DNA of 64,000 nucleotides from an uncultured Gammaproteobacteria bacterium (GTDB lineage Bacteria; Patescibacteriota; Microgenomatia; UBA8517): NCBI GenBank assembly GCA_965231135.1, contig OZ246419.1, positions 321,488 to 385,487 of the forward strand, read 5' to 3'. Shown piece by piece: positions 56,983 to 64,000 of this stretch (position 1 is its first letter; each line of letters starts with the position of its first letter). The notes under the pieces were generated by a model. It saw only the letters and a program-made list of their open reading frames with translations, ran no database searches and was not told where the DNA came from. The position numbers and the translations under genes were made by a program.

Positions 56983-59086
56983 ACGCATTTTAATTTTTAT
57001 TTTAATCCTTGCGGCTGTTTTGAGAATTACTGGTGTTTATCCTGGGTATCATCCGAATCACGCTGATGAGGTAAATATTTTTTCTCAAGCAGTTAATATT
57101 TTAAAAACTGGAAGTGTTCAAGAAATTAGATTTGAATATCCTCCACTACCTGCTTACATAAACTTTTTGAGTTTTAAATTTATTTTCATTCCTCTTAGTT
57201 GGATAAAATATTATGCCAATAATCTTGGACAAATAATTGATGGCACTTTTTTACCAAACTTGCAAAATAATATTTTAGGAAATGGAGATATTAATGCGAT
57301 GTTTTGGGCGAGAACTGTTACAGCAATTTTTGGAGTAGGAATTGTATTTTTAATTTATAAAATTTCCGAAAAATTATTTAACAAAAATGTTGGTTTGGTA
57401 GCCGCTTTTTTGGTTACTGTAAATTACAGGCAAGTTCTAAATAGCCATTTTGGGCTTCCTGATATTTATAATGCCTTTTTTCTTTGTTTGTCTTTTTTTC
57501 TTACAATTCGTGTTTGGAAAAAACCCGATTTTAAAAATTATTTAATTGCTGCAATTGGCTGCGGATTAGCTTTTTCTACTAAATATCAGTTCTTTTCGTT
57601 CCTGCCGCTTTTTATTATTCATATTTTCCGAGTGCTTGAACAAAAAGATTTAAAAAGAAAGCTAAAAACTTTATTTGACCCATCTGCGATTTCTGTACCC
57701 TTTGTTATTTTATTTGTTTTTTTGATTTTAAATCCCTATTTTATTATTCAATTTGATATTGCTAAAACACAACTTGAATATGCTGCTTTGAAGTATAGAT
57801 ATGGGAAAGACTTTCTTGATTTTTATCCTATTTCTTATTTGTATAAATACGGCATTGGACAAATAACTTCTATTTTGGTTTTAATAGGAACTTTTTTTCT
57901 TTTTACCAAAAGTAATTTTAGAAAAGGAATTCTTTTGTTTAGTGTTATTTTGGAATTTGCGATTTATTTACTATATGTAACCGGTGGCGGATTTTATACA
58001 CGAAACTTTGTTTCTATTACGCCGCTTATTTTGATTATTCCGGCTGTCTTCCTTGAGAGATTATTGAATTATAAAAAATATTTTGGAATTATTATTTTTT
58101 CACTTTTGGTTGTTTTCGCTGGTTACGAAAATTTAAACAAAGATTATGTGTTGGATGTTAATTACTTAAAACCATGGAATCAAGATGTGTTGCAAACATG
58201 GATAACATACCACTTGCCAAGCAACGCCAAAATTGCTGCGCATTCGTCTGTGCCGCTTGAAAATTCTCAGACTCGTCTTGATTTTGATCTTGATTCGGCA
58301 TTTGATATTTATGAATTTAAAAATGAAGGAGCCGATTTCGCGATTGCTAATTACGAATGGACAACAAATGATTTTTACTGGTGGATGACGCAAAATACGC
58401 AAAAATCGCTTAAATATTGGAATGCGCCGACACAAATTCTTAACGAAACGTTTACCGGAATGGCAATGCACGAAATCGAAGATTTTGGAATATATTCACT
58501 TATTAAACCAGCATTTGCACCTGATGCAAACTTTTTAGTTGCGAAGTTACCAGATTATAAGGTCACAAATAAAATTTTAATTCGCAATTTTGATTTTAAA
58601 AGTGGTGAAAATGGTTGGACAAAAATCGGAAATAATTTATCTTACACAAATGGCAATTTAGTTATTCAAAAAGGTGGGATCGCTGACCCCTATGTAAGAT
58701 GGATTTCTCCAAAAATTAATATTAGTAATCAAAATGGATTTGAAATTGACTATAAAATTAAAACTGCAGATGATATTGGTCAAAAGAGAGAAGGTTTCCT
58801 CTTTGTGGAATTTTTCAATGATAAGAATGATGAAATCGGAGTAAGGCTTTCTTCTAGAAATGATGTTTTTAATAAATATACAGATGCGGGTTTTGTTGGA
58901 GAAATTCCGTCAGGAGCAAGTTATGCGAAAATCGGATTTCAAGTTTATAAAGCAGAGAATGCAAATGTATATTTGAGTGATGTAAAAATTTATAAGGCAG
59001 ATGTTATTAATTTAAATTCAAGTGGAGTAAAACACATTGATATTCCAGACGATATTTTTTATCCGATTAGTCAGGGAAATATGTGA
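56975..59086 (+). CDS. ArnT/PMT-like GT-C membrane glycosyltransferase with C-terminal CBM/lectin-like beta-sandwich domain
   Basis: 703 aa. Loop HPNHADEVNIFSQAVNILKTGS (DE motif, ILKTG as in family A), about 12 TM helices. The roughly 190-aa C-terminal domain (...FDFKSGENGWTKIGN...GNLVIQKGG...GFEIDYKIKT...VYLSDVKIYKA) looks like a carbohydrate-binding jelly roll. Confidence 0.65.
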   Translation: MTKRILIFILILAAVLRITGVYPGYHPNHADEVNIFSQAVNILKTGSVQEIRFEYPPLPAYINFLSFKFIFIPLSWIKYYANNLGQIIDGTFLPNLQNNILGNGDINAMFWARTVTAIFGVGIVFLIYKISEKLFNKNVGLVAAFLVTVNYRQVLNSHFGLPDIYNAFFLCLSFFLTIRVWKKPDFKNYLIAAIGCGLAFSTKYQFFSFLPLFIIHIFRVLEQKDLKRKLKTLFDPSAISVPFVILFVFLILNPYFIIQFDIAKTQLEYAALKYRYGKDFLDFYPISYLYKYGIGQITSILVLIGTFFLFTKSNFRKGILLFSVILEFAIYLLYVTGGGFYTRNFVSITPLILIIPAVFLERLLNYKKYFGIIIFSLLVVFAGYENLNKDYVLDVNYLKPWNQDVLQTWITYHLPSNAKIAAHSSVPLENSQTRLDFDLDSAFDIYEFKNEGADFAIANYEWTTNDFYWWMTQNTQKSLKYWNAPTQILNETFTGMAMHEIEDFGIYSLIKPAFAPDANFLVAKLPDYKVTNKILIRNFDFKSGENGWTKIGNNLSYTNGNLVIQKGGIADPYVRWISPKINISNQNGFEIDYKIKTADDIGQKREGFLFVEFFNDKNDEIGVRLSSRNDVFNKYTDAGFVGEIPSGASYAKIGFQVYKAENANVYLSDVKIYKADVINLNSSGVKHIDIPDDIFYPISQGNM

Positions 59087-59100
59087 TACACTTGTGAAAA

Positions 59101-60984
59101 ATGAAAAGCAATTTAAAAAGAATTTTAGTGACTGGGGCTAACGGAGCTGTTGCAAGTGATGTTGTCCCTGTTCTTTTGTCACGTGGTTATAGGGTTTTGG
59201 CTACTGATATTGATTGTCCTTCTGACTCTCCTTTTAAGCTTGAGTACATGGATATCCGAAAGCCTCGAGAGATAGAAAGCGTTTTTAGAAAATTTAAACC
59301 GCAATGTGTTATTCATCTTGCTGCAGAAGTTGATGTTGAACTTTGTGAAATTGATGAAAAACACGCAATGGAAACGAATACACAAGGTACAAGAAATATT
59401 GCCGATGCATGTAAAAAACATAAAGCCATAATGGTTTTTGCAAGTTCTGTAGGGGTTTTTGATGGCAAGAAAAAAAAGGCTTATGACGAGACAGATATAC
59501 CCAGGCCAATTAACGTTTATGGAAAGAGTAAGTATGAAGCAGAAAAATACGTACAGGAAGAGTTAAGAAAATATTTTATAGTTCGATTTGGTTGGATGAT
59601 GGGTGGTGTTGAAAAGGATAAAAAGTTTGTTGTTAAGATTTTGAAATTAATTAGAAAGGGAGTCAAAACACTTGATGTTGTTAAAGATAAAAAAGGAACT
59701 CCAGTTTATACATTAGATCTTGCTGAAACAATTGCAAATTTAATTACAACTGATGATTGGGGAATTTATCATATTGCCTGTCTTGGAACAGCAACAAGAT
59801 TTGATGTTGCGAAACAAATTCTTTTAGAAATAAAGCGCAAGGATATTAAATTAAATGCGGTACTGACTGCTGGTGTTAATAAAATATTTTTTGCACCAAG
59901 GCCTGATAATGAATCAGTTGATACAACGAAGATTCGTCAGAAGTTTCCGGGAATACTTCGTGATTGGAAAGATGCGCTCCACGACTATCTGGGGACTGCT
60001 GCTGGATTTAATATAAGCGAAAATGAACCCAAGGTAACAATTATTATTTGTTTGTATATTGTTAATGACAGATTTTTTAAAGATCTTAGAAAATTTAAAA
60101 AATTAAAATATAAAAATTTTGAATTAATTGTAGTAGCAGATAAACCAGTAGAAATTCCAAAGCTTGGTTTTCCAACTAGAGTTGTTTTAACTGGCAAAGA
60201 AAGAACAGGCGTAGGTGAAAAAAGAGATGCAGCATTGTCTATGGCAAAAGGAGATATTATTGCATACATTGATGATGACGCTTATCCTTATCCAGAATGG
60301 CTAGCTAATGCAGTTTTAGATTTTAAGCATCCAAGAGTTGGAGCCGTCGGTGGTCCAAATATTACACCTAATGAAGATTCGTTTTGGGCGAAAATTGGTG
60401 GATATATTTATGAATCATATCTGATGAGCGGCGGAGCTCAATACCGCTTTATACCTACAAAAAAACAAACAGTAAATGAATTACAAGGGGTTAATTTGAT
60501 TATTCGTAAAGATATTCTTAAAAAGATTGGTGGTTTTTCGACTAAACTTTTTAGTGGTGATGATACAAAAGTTTGTTATAGTATCAGACTCTTAGGATAC
60601 GATGTTTTGTATGATCCTGATGTAAAAGTACATCACCATCGTCGCGAATTTCCAATAAAACATCTAAGGCAAGTAAGGACGATGGGTACACACCGGGGTT
60701 ATTTTGTTAAAGAATATACAGAAACTTCATTGCATCCAATTTACTTTTTACCTAGTTTGTTTGCAATTTTTTATTTTCTTTTGTTAATTTTGGGTTTTTT
60801 AAATTCAACATTTTTTATTTTTTGGATACTGTGTAATTTAGTCTTTCTGAGTTTGGGTGTTTTATCACTTTATAAAAGAGTTGGTATTACAAATTCAGTT
60901 ATATCTTCGTTTGGAATATTGATAACACATTTAACTTATGGATTTTTTTTCTTAAAAGGGCTCATTTTTGTGGATAAACTTTAA
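59101..60984 (+). CDS. fusion protein: RmlD-like NAD(P)-dependent reductase/epimerase domain + GT2 glycosyltransferase domain + C-terminal TM anchor
   Basis: 627 aa. Residues 1-300 read ILVTGANGAVASDVVPVLLSRGYRVLATD...VYGKSKYEAEKYV (Rossmann + YxxxK, RmlD_sub_bind-like). Residues about 310-500 read VTIIICLY...ELIVVADKP...YIDDDAYP (GT2 with DxD). The C-terminal about 100 aa have 3-4 hydrophobic helices. Confidence 0.7.
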   Translation: MKSNLKRILVTGANGAVASDVVPVLLSRGYRVLATDIDCPSDSPFKLEYMDIRKPREIESVFRKFKPQCVIHLAAEVDVELCEIDEKHAMETNTQGTRNIADACKKHKAIMVFASSVGVFDGKKKKAYDETDIPRPINVYGKSKYEAEKYVQEELRKYFIVRFGWMMGGVEKDKKFVVKILKLIRKGVKTLDVVKDKKGTPVYTLDLAETIANLITTDDWGIYHIACLGTATRFDVAKQILLEIKRKDIKLNAVLTAGVNKIFFAPRPDNESVDTTKIRQKFPGILRDWKDALHDYLGTAAGFNISENEPKVTIIICLYIVNDRFFKDLRKFKKLKYKNFELIVVADKPVEIPKLGFPTRVVLTGKERTGVGEKRDAALSMAKGDIIAYIDDDAYPYPEWLANAVLDFKHPRVGAVGGPNITPNEDSFWAKIGGYIYESYLMSGGAQYRFIPTKKQTVNELQGVNLIIRKDILKKIGGFSTKLFSGDDTKVCYSIRLLGYDVLYDPDVKVHHHRREFPIKHLRQVRTMGTHRGYFVKEYTETSLHPIYFLPSLFAIFYFLLLILGFLNSTFFIFWILCNLVFLSLGVLSLYKRVGITNSVISSFGILITHLTYGFFFLKGLIFVDKL

Positions 60985-61142
60985 AGTGATAAATGTAATT
61001 GTTTTTGGAAATCTTTTGACAAGATATTATTAAGAATAAAGATTTTGAAGTAAGAACCATTGATGGATTTATTAAGGTTGTTGACTAGCAGATGGTTAAC
61101 AAAAAAGTAAATTTTCCGAATTAATTAAGGTAAAGGAAAACT

Positions 61143-62147
61143 GTGAATTATAAAACAAAACTATTGCCAAAAGTATCAATTATAATTTTGTCTTTTAATG
61201 GTGAAAATTACTTAGTTGATTGTCTTTCTTCGATAAGGAAGCAAAATTATCCAAAAAACAAGATTGAAATTGTTGTAGTTGATAATGGAAGCAAGGATAA
61301 AAGTGTCGAGATAGCGCGAAAGTTTAAGTGTAAAGTTTTGATTAAACCGAAAACTGATATTTATGAAAACTGGGTTTTTGGAATGAAGATTATTACAGGA
61401 GATTTTGTTTATATGGTTGATCAGGATATTGAACTTAGAGATAAGAATTTTATTAAAAAGATGGTGAGGCCACTTTTTGAGGATGAAAGTATTTCTGGAA
61501 GTTATACTAGAGCTTATCCAAATAAGAAGATGTCTTGGATAAATCGCTATTTATCTTATCAGCCATCAATGTGTGATCCTTTATACGAATTTCTAACACC
61601 CTCAATCCAAAGTTCTGTTGTTAAAAAAAATAAAAATTACGAACTATGTGTATTTAATGATACAAATATTAATGCAGAATCAAGGATGCTCTATCGACTT
61701 TCTGTATTTAAAAAAACGCCGAATTGGAAAGCCAAGAGACTTTTTGATCATGATATTTTAGTATCTACAGTTAAACTTGGATTTAATAAATTTGCATATG
61801 TTCCTGCAGCTGGATTCTATCATTATCATGCAAAAGATTTTAGAAGTTTATTACGAAAGAGAGTTAGAAATTTGAAAATTCATTTTTTTCCATATCAAAG
61901 CTTGTTGCAATATAAGTGGGTGGATTCTAAACAAAAAAAACAAGTTTTGAGGCTCTTTTTGTGGGTCATATATGCTAATTTATTTTTCCCAGCTTTTTTA
62001 AAAGGTGTTTACAAAACACTCAAATATAAAGATGTTGTTTTGTTAATGGAGCCAATGGTGGTGATTATCATAACAGATTTTGTTCTGTTTTCTTTTTTGA
62101 CTGATAAACGTGGAAGAAAAATTGTTTTTTCGTGGTTAAAATTATGA
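61143..62147 (+). CDS. GT2 glycosyltransferase with C-terminal TM helices (membrane-anchored, polyprenol-P-sugar-synthase-like layout)
   Basis: 334 aa. VSIIILSFNGENYLVDCLSSIRKQNY...IEIVVVDNGSKDKS...MVDQDIE. The C-terminal LRLFLWVIYANLFFPAFL...VVIIITDFVLFSFL gives two TM helices. Confidence 0.7.
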   Translation: MNYKTKLLPKVSIIILSFNGENYLVDCLSSIRKQNYPKNKIEIVVVDNGSKDKSVEIARKFKCKVLIKPKTDIYENWVFGMKIITGDFVYMVDQDIELRDKNFIKKMVRPLFEDESISGSYTRAYPNKKMSWINRYLSYQPSMCDPLYEFLTPSIQSSVVKKNKNYELCVFNDTNINAESRMLYRLSVFKKTPNWKAKRLFDHDILVSTVKLGFNKFAYVPAAGFYHYHAKDFRSLLRKRVRNLKIHFFPYQSLLQYKWVDSKQKKQVLRLFLWVIYANLFFPAFLKGVYKTLKYKDVVLLMEPMVVIIITDFVLFSFLTDKRGRKIVFSWLKL

Positions 62148-62848
62148 ATGTAAATACATTCAAGCAAGAATACTTTAAAAATAGGAAATGGAAGTGCGCA
62201 CCTAAAAAGATTGTAAATTCCGTAGTGAGCGAAGTTATGTCAGTTGCTTGTGAAATTTTGCCTTCTCACAAGTCTTTAACGGTTCTTGATATTGGTTGTG
62301 GGCAAGGAGAATATTCTATTGAATTTTCGAAGTATGCCCGAAAAGTAGTTGGAGTTGGGCCTGATTTTGATTCTTATAAAGAAGCTGTGAAATTCAGAAG
62401 AAAAACAAAATCGAAAGTTACCTTTATAAATTGTCCCGTTGAAAAATATAAAACTAAATCTAGTTTTGATATTGTTTTAAGCTTAACAACTGTTGAACAT
62501 ATGTCTCATGTCGAGAAATCCTTTAAAAGGATATTTGAGTTATTAAAACCGGGAGGGTTTATTTATTTGACGGCGCCAAATAAATGGTGGCCTTATGAAT
62601 ATCACTACAGGTTGTATTTTCTGTCCTGGTTACCACTTAAATTGGCAAATTTTTATGTAAAAACATATGGTCATAGAAGTTCGTATGAAGATAGTGCATA
62701 TTCTAAATCTTATTTTGGTATGAAATCGTTGTTTGATAAATTTGATTGTACTTATGAGTTTGTTCTTCCTAGAGATTTAAATTCTTCGTATATTGGTTGT
62801 GGTGAACAAAGTTTTTTTTATATACAACTTTCAAGAAGTTTGGATTGA
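62132..62848 (+). CDS. class I SAM-dependent methyltransferase
   Basis: 238 aa. VLDIGCGQGEYS (motif I), VVGVGPD motif present, DIVLSLTTVEHM motif present, PGGFIYLTAPN motif present. Confidence 0.75.
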   Translation: MVKIMNVNTFKQEYFKNRKWKCAPKKIVNSVVSEVMSVACEILPSHKSLTVLDIGCGQGEYSIEFSKYARKVVGVGPDFDSYKEAVKFRRKTKSKVTFINCPVEKYKTKSSFDIVLSLTTVEHMSHVEKSFKRIFELLKPGGFIYLTAPNKWWPYEYHYRLYFLSWLPLKLANFYVKTYGHRSSYEDSAYSKSYFGMKSLFDKFDCTYEFVLPRDLNSSYIGCGEQSFFYIQLSRSLD

Positions 62849-62917
62849 TATTAATAAGTTGGTTTCCTTTTTTTTGGATTTTCTCGAAAGGATTCATAAT
62901 GATAATTAAGAAAAATA

Positions 62918-64000
62918 ATGATTAAGCGCAAACAAGTTTTTTTATATTTTTTGTCTGTTATTTTAGTAGTTGTTTCTATTGTTTATTTACCTTTCGTAAA
63001 CGGTTTTTTTCAGCAGGATGAATGGAATTTATTTGGAGTTTTTACAGTTTTTAGGGGATTAGGACAAAATTTCTTTCTGCAAGATTTTATAAAAGGATCG
63101 GGCTTGCATTTTGTTCCTCTTGCCAATATATTTTCATATCTTGAATTTTCGCTACTTAAACTAAATTTTGTAGAATATGCTTTTACTAGTATTTTTTTTC
63201 ATGTTCTGGCAACTGCTCTGGTTTTTGCTTTTGTTAGTTTGTTGATTAATAATAAGAGATTTGGATTATTATCAGCGCTTTTCTTTGGAATTTCTAATGC
63301 AGGAAATCAAGCTACTACATGGGTTGTTGCTAATGTCAGTGTTCAGGGAGCAGTAATTTTTTCGGTGTTATCGCTTATCTTTTTTATTAAATTTGCTAAA
63401 TCTGCAAATAAAATTTCTTATTATATTTCTTATTTTTTATTAGTAATATCTCTTCTTTTTAAGGAAAATGCAATTGCGTTTTTTGTATTTTTACCAATAA
63501 CTTTTTATTTGTACGCAAATAAAGATTTAAGAAAAAAATATTTTTATCCACTTTTTATTTTTGTGACAGGAGTGTTTTACGGATTAATTAAAGTATTTAT
63601 GATTTTGCACGCTTCGGTTTCTGGGACTGCTGGTTCTCAATCTAAACTTGCAATTTTATATAATTTGATAACATTTCCCTTAAAAGGACTTGTCCAGACG
63701 ATTATTCCTGTTGATTTGGAACTTTCTGTTGCAAAAAGTATTGCATTAATTTTTCCTGAGAAAGTTCGGGGTTTTTTTGCAACAACTCAGTTTGATATTT
63801 TTGTACAAAAAAGAGTATTAGAAATGTTAACTTTTGTATTTTTTTTAATTATAGTTTTTATTTGTTTCTTTATTTATAAAAAGATAGAAGATAAGAATAT
63901 TAAAAAAGGAATTATTTTTGCGTTTATTTTTGTATTGATAAATAGTTTTATTTATGCACTTTCTCCAGACAGAGTTGGGATAATTCCTATTGTTGATTCT
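62918..64000 (+). CDS. polytopic membrane protein, GT-C-like (5' partial; runs off window end)
   Basis: Open frame of 361 codons with no stop, from the ATG at 62918 to the window end. Translation starts MIKRKQVFLYFLSVILVVVSIVYLPFVNGFFQQDEWNLFGV (TM1 + DE-containing loop), then has many TM helices. It is absent from the ORF track only because the stop lies outside the window. Confidence 0.5.
   Translation, partial: MIKRKQVFLYFLSVILVVVSIVYLPFVNGFFQQDEWNLFGVFTVFRGLGQNFFLQDFIKGSGLHFVPLANIFSYLEFSLLKLNFVEYAFTSIFFHVLATALVFAFVSLLINNKRFGLLSALFFGISNAGNQATTWVVANVSVQGAVIFSVLSLIFFIKFAKSANKISYYISYFLLVISLLFKENAIAFFVFLPITFYLYANKDLRKKYFYPLFIFVTGVFYGLIKVFMILHASVSGTAGSQSKLAILYNLITFPLKGLVQTIIPVDLELSVAKSIALIFPEKVRGFFATTQFDIFVQKRVLEMLTFVFFLIIVFICFFIYKKIEDKNIKKGIIFAFIFVLINSFIYALSPDRVGIIPIVDS

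Noticed and set aside
1-64000. Searched by eye for CRISPR arrays, rRNA, tRNA (GTTCGA / TTCGAATC-type T-arm signatures), transposase or integrase genes and inverted terminal repeats
   Set aside because: None found. There are no regularly spaced direct repeats. No conserved rRNA stretches or cloverleaf-compatible tRNA motifs were seen. No ORF with DDE, HUH or tyrosine-recombinase motifs was seen. The window appears to be purely protein-coding chromosomal DNA.

Overview
AT-rich bacterial window (low GC judged by eye), extremely gene-dense. It is mostly one long + strand block with many start/stop overlaps that suggest translational coupling, with a few short minus-strand insertions. Almost every gene is cell-envelope glycosylation machinery. 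There are ~19 polytopic, GT-C-fold-like membrane glycosyltransferase candidates in at least four paralog families plus singletons. Family A is an ArnT/PMT-like (GT39/GT83-like) group sharing the loop motif DEAxxGYxAYSILKTGKD: six copies, four of them in a row. Family B has four copies with the motif GDxGRD..GPxTSxG..GPxYYY. Family C has two copies with the motif IPCRWxPDxGxGFGxPLFNFY. There is a PIG-V/Mannos_trans_2-like pair. The singletons include two with C-terminal lectin/CBM-like beta-sandwich domains. These are flanked by likely polyprenol-phosphate-sugar synthase-type GT2 enzymes: three soluble Dpm1-like, one GtrB/ArnC-like with two C-terminal TM helices, and two further TM-anchored GT2s, one of them fused to an RmlD-like NAD(P) reductase domain. 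The locus also has ~9 other GT2s, 4 GT4s and 2 Wzx-like MOP flippases. Tailoring genes are 3 class-I SAM methyltransferases, an ICMT/PEMT-like membrane methyltransferase, an SDR, an FAD oxidoreductase, a polysaccharide-deacetylase-like gene, a YdeN-like serine hydrolase, a small cupin and a secreted PT-linker protein. Non-glycan items are an NrnA-like DHH phosphoesterase, a decayed NAD-dependent epimerase pseudogene and a split xylose-isomerase-like TIM-barrel gene. There is also a 182-aa ORF with an H-G-S...Y..Y..E spacing reminiscent of PARP/diphtheria-toxin-type ADP-ribosyltransferases, a very acidic 122-aa protein and an unknown 227-aa protein at the left edge. No rRNA, tRNA, CRISPR, transposase or integrase was recognised. 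The architecture (short overlapping genes, AT-rich, large GT-C expansions) is reminiscent of CPR/Patescibacteria; that is inference only. All family assignments rest on motifs read directly from the translations and need HMM or structure confirmation.
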